64,000 nucleotides of DNA. Origin: the human T2T-CHM13v2.0 reference genome, Homo sapiens. The notes under the pieces were generated by a model that was given only the letters and a program-made list of their open reading frames with translations, did not search any database and was not told where the DNA came from. Both the position numbers and the translations under genes were made by a program. Below, piece after piece: positions 13,993 to 27,124 of the stretch. Every line of letters starts with the position of its first letter. Positions within the stretch are counted from its first letter, which is position 1. The DNA lies in assembly GCA_009914755.4 (NCBI GenBank), contig CP068257.2:22528001-22592000 (forward strand), in the 5' to 3' direction.

Positions 13993-15108
13993 ATACTTTG
14001 CTGAAGCTTAAGATTGGGACATATTAGGAAAAAATGATTTTTCACTATAGATAGTTTGAGAAGCATTGAATTCTAGAAAAGCAGTTTTCAAGATTTGTTT
14101 GAAATATTATGTAGAGGCTCCGTCCTTGAAACAGTAAATATGGAGCTTGTCTGTTTAAAGTATATACAGAGATGAAATGCAGCTCCACTTTCCCCACTGG
14201 GGCAGAAATAGGGAATCTCGGGGGCAGAGAAATTACATCAAGAACAAGAAGCACTTACTTGTATGCAACAAAACACAGCATGGAAAGTGGATAAAAACTT
14301 CAATGATGGTAAGTGATATTTGCATGATTATAGACAACAAAAATTATAAACATAACTTAAAATTTAAAAGATTAAATAAATGCTCAAACAATAACCTTGA
14401 TCTAATGTGGCTTAATGTATGTACTGTTCTTAGTTATTTGACTTATAGAGAATAAAACAACCTCTGGCCCTCATGAAACTTATATTCTAGCAAGAACTGC
14501 AATTCTTAGTTTCATAAAACCAACATTTAAACATCTGAAAGCAGATAGAACATATTAATAAATCACGGTATAAGGTATTCCTGGTAAGAATAATTTTGAA
14601 AAAATTACCAATAACTAAAGGAGGGTATTAAGAATTAAAAACTTTTCATCAGTTAAAAATTAGAACAAAGCAAGTTGTATCTGTCTTGTAGCAGAAACAT
14701 CAAATTAATCAGCTTATTTATGTTTCTTTAAAATGAACAATTTGGCTGTACATTACCTCTCTGTATTTAGTATTTATGCTAAGTTTTTCTCACAGTATCA
14801 TAAAGTGATGGCAAAATTAACTACCTGTTTTAATAGAGATGCTGAATATTCTTTGAAATGATGGTGTGGGAGACCGGAATACACCACCCTAAGATATATT
14901 AATACTTCTTTGGCATAAGAATTGTTGACCTGAAGGTGATTAGAAAGAAGCAGATGCAGGAAAGTTCTCTGCCCTATCTCTATTTGCCCAAAAGCGAAAC
15001 ATAAATTTGCAAAAGCAAAAGATACTCCACTTCTCCTCTCTACCAGGAAGGCCAAAGGATAACCACTGAAGAAAACTTTAGACTGTGATCAGTCTGGAGA
15101 CGGTATCT

Positions 15109-15480
15109 GTTGTGGTTTAAATGTTTGTGTCTCTTCCAAAATTCATGTGTTGAAACTGAATTTGCAAATATGATAGCAGTAAGAGGTTGTGCCCTTAGGA
15201 GGTAATTAAGTAATGGAGTGGAGCCCTAGTAAATGGGATTAAGGCCTGTATAAAAGACGTTTGACTATGTTCGACCCTCTTGCTCTTTCGCCTTCCCCCA
15301 CGCCAGGACACAGAAACAAGACATCTTGGAATCAAACAGCAGCCCTCAGTAGACACCAATGCTAGTGGCTTAATCTTGGACTTCCCAGCCTCCAGAACAT
15401 TAAAAAAAAATAAATTTCTGTTTTTTATAAATTACTCAGTCTGTTGTATTTTCTTCTATCAGCATGAAAAGACTAAGACA
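15109..15480 (+). mobile_element. MST-like MaLR solo LTR
   Basis: It starts tgtggtttaaatgtttgtgtctcttccaaaattcatgtgttgaaa, continues through ..ggaggtaattaagtaatggagtggagccctagtaaatgggattaaggcc.. and ..cttggacttcccagcctccagaac.., and ends ..ataaattactcagtctgttgtattttcttctatcagcatgaaaagactaagaca. Confidence 0.8.
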
Positions 15481-16041
15481 ATACCAGAGGAATCCACATT
15501 AACAAACATTACTACATAACCTTTATCTGCTATTTATTTGCATTTCTTCAGGTTGCTGCCCCTAGAGGCTCAAAGCTCCTTTCCTTTATCTTGTCACTTC
15601 TCTAAAATTTTCTATTCTTTTTGATGATGTAATATAAGCTGAAATTCAAAACCACCTTTGTGAAAATTACTCATCTTCTATGTGTTTCTGGGTGAAATAC
15701 ACATATAAATCAATTTTTGGTTTTTCTCTTGTTAATCTGTCTTATGTATCAGGGGTCCATTTTAACCTCTGAGGCATGCTACAGCAGGGCTTTTGACCTA
15801 CAGAACTAGGAGATAATATACAGGTGTTATTTCAATCCATTCAATCTAAAGTAAATTTTTACAGCAGCAATTAGAAATTAATATCATATTCTTTCCGAAA
15901 AGGAAGGCACTTGTATTGGATCATTGTGGATCTAACGCCTTCCCTGAAAACAAAACTAAAGTGCCTACTTTACTGGTTGGATAGTATTCTGGTTTCTGAC
16001 CCTTGCTTAGCTCATGTATCACTTGTGAAATATTACAACTA

Positions 16042-16329
16042 GGCCAGGCGCAGTGGCTCACATCTGTAATCCGAGGAATTTGGGAGGCCAAGGCAGAAAG
16101 ATTGCTTGAGCCAAGGAGCTCCAGATGAGCCTGGGCAACATAGTGAGACTTCATCACTACAAAACACAAAAATGAGTAGGATGCTGTGGCACATACCCGT
16201 AGTCCCAGCTACTCAGGAGGCTGAGGTGGGAGGATCACTTGAGCCAGGTGGTGGAGGCTGCAGTGGGCCATGATCACACCACTGCACTCCCGCTAGGGTG
16301 AGAGGGTGAGACTGCATTAAAAAAAAAAA
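16042..16329 (+). mobile_element. Alu SINE, full-length, plus orientation
   Basis: The copy runs from ggccaggcgcagtggctcacatctgtaatcc through ..gcctgggcaacatagtgagac.. to ..ccactgcactcccgctagggtgagagggtgagactgc, followed by poly-A at 16319-16329. The ORF at 15921-16169 is Alu-derived. Confidence 0.92.
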
Positions 16330-18229
16330 TCACTACTAGTTGGCAAACATAAGAAGTTTTGCATAAATACAATGCCCATAATTGTATCAATTTGAGTAAT
16401 TTCATTTTTTTCAATTTTTACTGGATTTTTTTTGTTATTAAGAACTTATTTTGTATCAGGCTCTCTACCAAGCACTTTAGCTACCTCACCTCATTAAAGA
16501 TGCTCTACATTTTTAATAGTACTGGAGGAAACTGGGGCTGGAAAACAACAGAAAATTAGACAAAAACTCTAGTCTACATAACTATTAAGATTGAATCTCA
16601 TAACTTTAACCACTCTTTCTTTGACTGGGGATGTCTAGTTATATTCTCTGCAGTAAACTTTGTCTTTTAGTGGCAAAAAAATGGAGAGGATTGCAGAAAC
16701 AAATAAATAAAAAGATTTCAGTTCCATTACCTTTTCTTCCTACAACTATTCAAAGAAAACAGTTTCCTTCCTCAGTTCCTGGGGCAGCTAAACTCACCAA
16801 TTAAGTTATTCAGTAGAATCAATAAGCAGACAGATTTTGAATATTTAGATCTATTTTACTGAAAGATTTAACAAACATATCTTTGAAAGCAAAATGACAA
16901 GAGAGAGTAAAAATATCTATATTCACTAAAAATCCTTGCTATATTTATTCATTGAGAAATCTTTTTTTGAATTACAGGTGGTAACCTTTATGTGTATTTC
17001 ATGTAGGTCAATAATCACAAAACTAATCCACCTAGTTGGTTTGGGATATTCTGGGCAGCTTCTTTTGTATTGAAGTAGCCTTTTTTTTTTTTTTTTTTAC
17101 CCTGTTAAAATGAGGATTGAGCATCTCATAGAATCTTGGGGGCTGCAAGATAGAAATTCAAATTACTAGTGCTAGATTAAAAATTACCCCACAAGTTGCT
17201 GGCATGAGGTAACAACAACTGAATTTGCTTAGGGGTTCTCTGAATCAGAAACTTAGGTAAAGAATGGCAGGGATGGCATTTCTGAGCGCCACAGTGTCTT
17301 TGGCCAGAGCTGGAAGATTTGAGGCTGGATACTGGACTCATCAGAAGCTCACTCACCAACATGTACACCAGCTGATGTTGGCTGTTGGATGGAACACCTA
17401 TGTGTGGCTTCTTCATGTGGTCTGAACTTCACTTCAACATGATGTTCTAGTTCAAAGGGCAAGCAACACAAGAAGAAAAATGAGTCAAGTGGAGGCTTTT
17501 CACCCTTTTTTGACCTAGACTTGAAGGTCATATAGCATCATTTCTTTCACAATCTGAGGGTTAAGGAAGTCACAGTTGTCTGTCCAGGTTCAAGAAGTAT
17601 CAATATCACATTGATACAAAGAATGTCAATATCACTTTGTAAGAAGACCATGTGCAATGAGATATATATTTGAGCTGTCTTTTGAAAACACTGTCTGATG
17701 CAGTGAGGGAAATATATGCATAACAGATGTGTTGGAGACACAATGAAAAGGAGAAGGATTTTTAACAAATACACTATATTAGGTAATTTTTAAAAAAAAC
17801 CAACACAAAAAAGCACCAGATACATTTATTAATATAAAATTCCATCATGAAATTATTCTCCCACACCTCTTTCTCATTGCAATGCTCAGTTTGCTATACT
17901 GACTTGGCTAGGTTTTACTCTCCAGTTATTCATCAAACACTAATCTAGTTACTTCAATAAACACATTGGTAGATATCATCAAAGTCCATAATCAGTTCTC
18001 ATTCAGTTAAAAGGCTCTAAGTTTGGAACTGAGATTTAGATGAAGAAGAAGTTCTGTTTTGTCTCATGGCCAAGAATTCCAGCCTGTCCTTCTGACAGCC
18101 TGCCCTATGGATTTCACCTTTCCCAGCGAGAGCCCACAAAAGTGTAAGCCAGTTTCTTGTAATTAAGCTCTTAATACAGATCTAACACTGGTTTTCTTTC
18201 TCTGGTTGGTCCCTAAATGATAAAATCAT

Positions 18230-18900
18230 CAAAAGCATTTATCTCCATTTAGGATATTTGACATTTATTCTAGAAACTGTAAGTTTAACAATGAATAATG
18301 TTGAGTTTCGGAAAATAATACCCCAAAATATGGTGCTTTGACATACTAAAATAAAGAAGTAGTCTTAAGGTTGCTGTGGTCTTACCCCACCCCTTCTGTC
18401 TCTCAACTCTCTATCTGTCCCAAAGCACAGAACACAGCTGTTCTCTGAAATTCTTTTATCTACCTAGAAACCAAACCTGCCAAAAAGGAACACAGTTGCC
18501 TTCAATCCGCTCCCTGAAATTTTATTAACCAGAGAAGATTAGAACTCATGTCACAGAGGAAGAGAATTACAATTAAATACTAAAACCTGGAGCCCCGACA
18601 AACTCTGTTCTCTAGTCCCATTTCATTTCCAAATAAAATTGTTTCTTAACCATAATCAGAGCACTGTCTCCATTCATCTGTCCAAAAACCTCTTTACTGT
18701 ACCTAAAAAATAGTCACATTTCTCCCACTTCTCCTTCTCCTATAAGGAAGGGCTAATAACATCTGGACCTCATGAGTTATTGGGTAATCATTCTCACGTA
18801 TCTCCCTCATGCTTGTTCATGTTCAAAAAATCCACGTGTCTTCCATTAATCTGTCCACTGTTAGTTCCTTTTCAGCAAATCTTTAAAGAGTAGAGGGGCT
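18230..18900 (+). repeat. Copy A of an unclassified diverged duplicated segment of about 660 bp (see 22810-23465)
   Basis: Long stretches align with 22810-23465 at roughly 70-80% identity judged by eye. Examples are ..ctctctatctgtcccaaagcacagaa..tctctgaaattcttttatctacctagaaaccaaa..ggaacacagttgcc..ctgaaattttattaacc.., ctgttctctagtcccatttcatttccaaa and ccattcatctgtcc. Confidence 0.6.
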
Positions 18901-19496
18901 GCAACGGATTTGGTTTTACAAGTGGGACAAACCAAATCCACTCTGCTCTTCTGGAAACTGCTATAAAAGGAACCCAGAACCTGACCATGGCTGGGCATGG
19001 GGGGAGATTTCTTACTTGTTAGACTCCTGTGTGTCTCAGTGGAAACTGACAGAGGATATAATAAAAATTTGTTTTTCTTTTTTTTTTCCAAATTAAGATT
19101 GACAGGAGTTAAGTATTTCAACTCTCAGTATCCATAGAAAGATCAAATTTAAAGGGGGATACAAATGAAATATAGCAACTACCTAAACTACCCTTGAAGA
19201 GATTAAACATCAGAAATCAGATTTAAGACAAAGTTAAAATCATTTGATCTCTCCAACTGCCTGCCTTGGATGCTCTACAGGATTTGTTAAAAAGGTGCTC
19301 CAGACTGTGGTCTCCTGGCTGGGATCTAACACTTTCACCATTGTGACCCGGTTTTACTCTTATCTGTGGCACCAGTCACTTGGATAAGTAAATCTTTTGA
19401 CTCAGGAGAAAACATTTCTAAAACTTATTTTAGTAAGTTTCTTTTGATTTAAACAAAAAGTTTGCTGCTTAACCTATACGAATACCTAATAATAAG

Positions 19497-19680
19497 ATTT
19501 TTTAATACTTTAATTTTAAGTTCAGGGGTACATGTGTAGGTTTGTTACTTAGGTAAACTTGTGTCATGAGGATTTGTTGTACAGTTAATTTCATCACCCA
19601 GTTATTAAGCCTAGTATCCATTAGTTATTTTTCCTGATCCTCTCTCTCCTCTCACCCTCCATCCTCCCATGGGCCCCAGT
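19497..19680 (-). mobile_element. Older L1 (L1PB/L1M-like) 3'UTR fragment, minus orientation
   Basis: tttaatactttaattttaagttcaggggtacatgtgtaggtttgttacttaggtaaacttgtgtcatgagg...ccctccatcctcccatgggccccagt is antisense to the L1 3' end and is more diverged than the copies at 9.7-11.9 kb. Confidence 0.7.
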
Positions 19681-20941
19681 ATAAAAAAAAGAAGAGAGAT
19701 TTGAAATAATTTTTTAACAGCTCTATGATCAAAAGTTGGAAACTTTTAATGAAAAACTAATATTCAAGCTACAGTTATAAGGGCTTCTCTATTTTTTATT
19801 TCTGTTGGATTTTTCTTCAGAAACATTTTAGTTAACTGAAACTTTTATTCTCCCAAATCTTTGCTAACTAAAACTTCACTGGTCTTTTTTAAAAAACAAA
19901 TGACTTATTTCATAATTTTCTGTGATGCTATTTTGATCAAGAGTTTAAACTTTATTCTTGACAAAGTTCTAAAAAATCAGATTTAATATTTTCGAGCTCA
20001 AAGTAACTTTTTGATGTTTCAGAGGTTCCCTAAAGCATCCAACAGAGAAAGAATAAGCTAATCAAGCTTACTTCATGTTAATTTTATAGAGTACATTGTT
20101 AAATAAGAACTAATATTTAATCTTCTTTGAGCTATATTTGTATGAATGTTATTAATACTAACATATATTTGAAAATTATATAAGATTTCTAAAATTCTGA
20201 CATGTCTTGGTATATGTTATCAGTTATAATTATTGCTATCATGTTAAATTCTTGTGGGCCACAGAAAATGATCAAATTTTCTTGTCAATTGCATCTTTAT
20301 GCCCATTTTAAGCCTTTTTGTCCCGAGTTACTTGCTTTATTCTTATGCTTTTGTTTTGAAAGCTCCTTACAAATGCCAAAGTGTTGCATCTTCAAGAAAA
20401 TTCATAGGAAAGACTGCAACAAGTACTCTTAAATACAAGCTTCTGGCAACTTTAAGACCAAACTATTAAATTGAGTATAAAAAAAATCTGAACTCATAAA
20501 ATTTCTAACACAACATCAACCAGAATAAGAATTAATTATATAGAACTAAACTGATAAAGACAATTTTTTATTACTTTGGTTCAAAACATTGATGATTATT
20601 TTTATGTTTTGTTTTCCAGATTTAAGAATTCTTTTTCTTTTAAACTATTTATGGCTTGCAAGATTTTGGTAGAATATTCCGTGAGCAAAATTGAAGCATG
20701 TTTTCACTCTGCAACTGATCTTCCAGAATTGAGAAACTATTTGTGAGTATTGTTTTCTTATGGCAATATAGTTATTTCATAAGTCCAATAAGAAACTGTT
20801 TTATTCTGTAACAGGACACGATTGGAGATTCTGGTAATTGTATCAAGGCTCTGACTAGAATGTCATATTCTGACATGACAAGACAGTTTTGAAAGATTGA
20901 CATTTACTTCTTTTTTCTTTATTTCTTCTTAAAAAAATAAA

Positions 20942-21485
20942 AGGATACACGTGCAGAACGTGCAGGTTTGTTACACAGGTATACATGTGCTATGGTGGTT
21001 TGCTGCACCTATTGTCCCATCCTCTAAGCTCCCTCCCCTCACCAGGCCCTGGTATGTGATATTCTCCTCTCTGCGTCCATGTATTCTCATTGTTCAGCTC
21101 CCACTTATGAGTGATAACGTGTGGTGTTTAGTTTTCTGTTCCTGTGTTAGTGAAGACATTTATGCTGCCAACAAACATATGAAAAAAAGCTCAACATCAC
21201 TGATTATCAGAGAAATGAAAATTTAATCTACAATGAGATATTATCTCACACCAGTCAGAAAGGTGATTATTAAAAAGTCAGGAAACAATAGATGCTGGGG
21301 AGGCTGTGGAGAAATAGGAACACTTTTACGCTGTTGGTGGAAAAGTAAATTAGTTCAACCACTGTGGAAGACAGTATGGCGATTCCTCAAGGATCTGGAA
21401 TGAGAAATACCATCAGACCCAGGAATCTCATTACCCGGTATATACCCAAAGGATTATAAATCATTCTACTATAAAGACACATGAC
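20942..21485 (-). mobile_element. L1PA/L1PB-type 3' end on minus strand with inverted arrangement (antisense 3'UTR followed by sense ORF2 piece)
   Basis: Positions 20942-21151 are antisense L1 3'UTR (ggatacacgtgcagaacgtgcaggtttgttacacaggtatacatgtgctatggtgg...cctgtgttagt). Positions 21152-21485 are sense L1 ORF2 (gaagacatttatgctgccaacaaacatatgaaaaaaagctcaacatcactgattatcagagaaatg...ccaaaggattataaatcattctactataaagacacatg). In L1 coordinates about 200 bp is missing at the junction, and the 3' terminus and tail are ragged. Confidence 0.7.
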
Positions 21486-22319
21486 ATTGACTTTTATGAA
21501 AACAACAAAAATCCTCCTGGAAAAATTGACCTGATAACTCAAATACATGATTCCTGTGTTTGCCTTTAGAGGTGGATAGAGAATGTCACTTCTTGACAGG
21601 CTGAGAAACCTCAGGATATTTTGAGGACCTAAAGGAGAGAGGAACTCACCAAATTTGTTCTGATATTATAGACCTCCAAGGCCACAGCAGCTTTACAAAT
21701 GCCTAATCTGATGTTTCTTACCAAAAGTTTCAACAAAGTCTACTTAAAAAGAACCTATGTAATCAATCACTATTCTTGCTGCACTTTATGCAAATAATCA
21801 GGCCAAGATAATGAGACTAAACTTATTTTGCAAAAAAATTAATTTTATCATAAGTAACTGTTGAAAATGGGGATGAATGTAAGGAAGAAAAATTATGTAT
21901 CAGAAAAAAAAACTATAGTGCACCTGTTATTAGATTCTAGACCCGTCCACCAATTTTGAGATTTTTATTATCTGGACTAAATTCTGAAATTTAGTTCTCT
22001 CTAGTATTTGGCCATGACTCTCCAAACTGTTCCCAATTTTTTCTGCCAAATTTTTGATTTCAAATCACTAGAAATTAAAAGTTTTTTTTAAACTGAGGCC
22101 CTACAAGCTGAACCTAGTTAACTTGTCACTGAAGAAAAATCATTGCAACTGCTTATATTTGGACAAACCTTGTGACATACAACTACAGTCCAAGCAAATA
22201 TGACAGATTGCCACTGTCTCTCTGGCTCCAACTTCGGTATTTCAGCTCATATGTGAAAATCTTTTTAATAGACTTCCCTCCAGACTCAGGGGCTAGGTTA
22301 CAGACTACTTCCGACATTA

Positions 22320-22764
<445 letters not shown>

Positions 22765-22809
22765 CTACTTTAGTAGAATCCTTTGGCACTCAGCTACTAA
22801 CTTGAATTT

Positions 22810-23465
22810 TCTCTCCAGAGCCACCAACTCAGCTGTTAATGTGTATAACCTCTAGTAAAGTTTCAGACAGGGGAATGTTAGGGCTCAAAAAATGATACAT
22901 CGAAATATGTCACTTTGAAATATTGAACTGAAGAAGCAGCCTCAAGATCTCTTACCTCTCACCTCTCCTCTCTCTCAACCCTCTGTCTCTCCCAAAGTAC
23001 AGAAGAAGATGGCTTTTCTCTGAAATTCTCTTATCTCCCTAGAAACCAAATATGCCCAAGAGGAACACATTTGCTCTCGATCCCTCTCTAAAATTTCATT
23101 AACCTTAGAAGATGAAAACTCATAAAGGAAGAGAACGAAAAGTAAACACCACACCTGAAGCCCAGATGAACACTGTTCTCTGGTCCCATTCAATTCCCAA
23201 AGAAAACTTATTAATCAGTGTCTGCATATTGACTCCATTCATCTCTCCTAAAAATAATTGACTACCCTTCAAAAATCATCTTATTTCTCCCACCTCCCCT
23301 TCTCCAATGAAGAAAGGTATATGAACACCTGGATGTGACTGTGTTATTGTGTATTCATCCTCATGCAGTTCTCTCATACTTACGTATGTTAAATCAATCT
23401 GAATGCCCTTTCTTCTATGAATTCTATTGTCAGTTTATTTTCTGTAAACCTTCAGAGAACAGAGG
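22810..23465 (+). repeat. Copy B of the diverged duplicated segment of about 660 bp (pairs with 18230-18900)
   Basis: ..ccctctgtctctcccaaagtacagaagaag..tctctgaaattctcttatctccctagaaaccaaatatgcccaagaggaacacatttgc..ctaaaatttcattaacc..ctgttctctggtcccattcaattcccaaag..ccattcatctctcc.. is collinear with 18230-18900. Confidence 0.6.
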
Positions 23466-24805
23466 AAAGGCTTTCCTTTGACCCCTGCAATAGCAATTTC
23501 ATACCAATGTTTAGTAACTGGAACTACAGAGAATTAGTCAGTTTCCATCTGGTTTTACTCATTTAGCGAAAATGATTAATAGCACTTGCCTCCAATATTA
23601 TAGGACTAAGTAAGCACTTTTTTGAGTGCCATCTATGAACAATGTGCTGTTGTTCAAATTAGTTGTGTACAAGAGAATAGAATAAATTAAAAGTTACATG
23701 TTGTCCTTTTATTCCATATTGTGGGATAGCATTGGCTTTTATAAAAAGTCCAATTTCACTAAATCTTTGAACTTTTTAGGTACCAAATATCAAGGATTTT
23801 GAGTAATAAGCACTCCTATTAAGACTTTAGAAACTTGTGTCTAAAACTTCGTTGCTATTTCTGAACTTGCAGCAATCCGAACGTGAAATCTGAATGAGCC
23901 TGTAAGAAAAAAAATGAAATATTCAAAGCTGTACATTAACCCTTGAAGTCCATAGCTGAATTTTTCAAAAAGAAATGAATAGAAGAAAATTAAACCTCAA
24001 TTGAAACATGAGAGAATAGTGCTGTAACATAAACAGTATCTCTTTTTTGTGGCACCAGTTTTTCAGTGATTCAAAGGAAGAATGTTTCTAGCGAAAAAAA
24101 ATGGTTGCTATGGAGTTAAGAGTTGAGTTAATACCAACAAGGCAGAAATGCTGTGGGTTAATAATTACATTTGAATAGATTAGCTTGATTCTTTGCAAGA
24201 ATATTTTTATTGCTGTGTCCATATCTTTACTTATTTATATTAAATAAGTTATAACTTTTATCTTGTGAAGAAACTCACCATGGGTGCACTATAAAGCATT
24301 TATTAATTGCTTAAGAGATTTTATGCCATTTTAGTGATATTTGAGGCAGGAATTTTCTGTGGATTTTTACATATCTATACAATTACTGTATTTCATTAAT
24401 TGATATAGCTGCTAATGTATCAAACACAGCAGGACTGAAAATACAGGGAAATGAAGTAAAGTTGCTGGCATAGTCTGATAAAGGTTTGTGCATCAGTAGA
24501 TAATTTCTTTAAATGACATTATCTAGAATTTGTGAAAAGATAGTTTTTTTTTTTAAGACAGACATAAGTACAAAATGTCTGCTTCTCACAGGGCACGTTT
24601 GCTTTCAGTGCACAATAAAGCTCAAATTTAAATCTTCACTTACATTTACTGCAGCCACATTGCCTTTTTCTTGATTTCCAATGACTCTTTGTTAAAAAAA
24701 TAATTTTGATGCCAATATTGTACGCATTCTGCATTCCATATATCACTTATTGCTTCTTTATTTCTGTTACTAACGACTGTGCTCCAACGTTTACCTCTTT
24801 ACTCA

Positions 24806-25201
<396 letters not shown>

Positions 25202-26626
25202 TTACAGTTTCATCTGAAAACTCAGAGATATAGATCTCTACGATTAACAAATTCTTACATTTCATTCTATATAAAAGTTACTTCATTTTCAAATTCCCTA
25301 ACTTCTTTTTAATCATAGAGGTATTAGTATCTATTTGCAACAATAACTAACATTGTCAGAGATCACTTTTTTCCCCTTTCAAGAATTTTGCCCATTTTTG
25401 CCCTCTTGGACGCTGACTAGCTAGCTCAGGCTTTAAGATGAAGAAAAGACCTAGTTCACATGATGTCAAGTGGCAGGAGTGATTGGGTCATTAACTTTTA
25501 AAATGTTTGTGTTTCTATCTGAGTATATTTCTGCAGGAATGCTACAAAACAGCTGTGTGATATTAAGTAGGACATTACAATGTAATGTATAAATATATGT
25601 ATACTCCTGGAAAAGATTCTTTTCTTCACCATATTTTAGTTAGTTTTCTGAACCTTCTTCTAGGCCTCTCCGTGTACTATTTTGTAAAATCCAGTTTTAG
25701 CAAAGAACCCCGCTGTATTAATTTAACAGGAACCTACCTCTCCATCCTTGATATCTGATCCCCCTCAATATCTTGTTAGATTCTTCATTCTCTACCATCT
25801 TCTAGATGATGTCTGATTACCCTGGCCCATCTTCAGCAAGAATATTGCTAGGATGATTTAGTCAGAATCTCCTTTACCCCTGAATTTACTCTTAGAGATT
25901 TTCCATCCTGTGACACCCACCCTGCTCTTTGGCTATGAATACTCATTTGACCATGTTTTATTTGGAGTTGTGTCCAACCTCTTTTTCCCATTGAAAATCT
26001 CATTTCAGTGACTCATATACTGATCCCAACGGTCTTGAGTATAGGTATCCTTATTGTGCTTTAATTGAATAATTTTAATTGAATAATTTTTTGATACTAT
26101 ATTGTACAGTACAATAGGAAAATAAGAATAATTTTCTGGCTTTCTACTAAGATAATGTTGAGGATTAAATTAAGTAATACTTTAAAAAGTTGGCTAAAGA
26201 TCAATAACTTAAATATTTGTAAAACATGAATTTGGAAGATGATAAGTAATTTCTTCTAAGTACAACATATAAGAATTTTTTGTCTCAATCCACTTAATGT
26301 TACAGATTCTATTTTAAAAATAATATAAGCAAGTGAAAAAAGTAACTAAAACCTGGTTTATTTAAATCCATTTACACCATAATTTGGATAATTATTACAT
26401 CTTAGTTATTTGTAAAAGAACCATGCCAGGGAGATATGGCTGTAAGTCTTCTCTGTAATTGTGTGCCCAAACCTATTAATAAATTTAATGATTCTCAATT
26501 TTTCCATCTGAGAAATATAGAGAATGACCTTGTGGCATGTTCTAATAATTAGAAAAATAATTAGTAAAAAGGTATTTTGCGTTTAGTTAATGCTCAACAA
26601 ACCATTATTTTCATTTAGGCTATAAT

Positions 26627-26658
26627 TTCTTCCCTCCCTCTCTCTCTCTCTCTCTTTT

Positions 26659-26710
<52 letters not shown>

Positions 26711-26779
26711 ACTTTCTTTCTTTCTTACTTTCTTCCTTCCTTCCCTTCCTTCCTTCCTTCCTCCCTCCCTCCCTCTCTC

Positions 26780-26817
<38 letters not shown>

Positions 26818-26840
26818 CTCTTTCTTTATTCTTTCTTTCA
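26627..26840. repeat. (TTTC)n/(TCCC)n/(CT)n microsatellite (expanded A-tail of adjacent minus-strand Alu)
   Basis: ttcttccctccctctctctctctctctctttttctttctttctttc... runs for about 210 bp and directly abuts the 3' end of the minus-strand Alu at 26841. The ORF at 26615-26851 (KERKKERKK...) is a repeat artefact. Confidence 0.9.
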
Positions 26841-27124
26841 CACAGTTTCACTCTGTCACCCAGGTTAGAGTGCAGTGGAGCAATCCCAGCTCACTACATC
26901 CTCTGCCTCCCAGTCCCAGGTTCAAGCGATTCTCATGTTTCAGCCTCCCAAGTAGCCTGGATTACAGGCGCCCACCACCACGCCTGGCTAATTTTTGTAT
27001 TATTAGTAGAGATGGGATTTCACCATGTTTACCAGGCTGGTCTCGAACTCCCGACCTCAATTGATTCGCTGGCTTCAGCCTCCCAAAGTTCTGGGATTGC
27101 AGGTGTGAGCCACCATGTCTGGCC
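26841..27124 (-). mobile_element. Alu SINE, minus orientation
   Basis: The copy starts cacacagtttcactctgtcacccaggttagagtgcagtggagcaatc, runs through ..ggattacaggcgcccaccaccacgcctggctaatttttgtatt.., and ends ..gggattgcaggtgtgagccaccatgtctggcc. Confidence 0.92.

Noticed and set aside
26615-26851. 78-aa ORF encoding KERKKERKK... .
   Set aside because: It is the translation of the (TTTC)n/(GAAA)n Alu-tail microsatellite.
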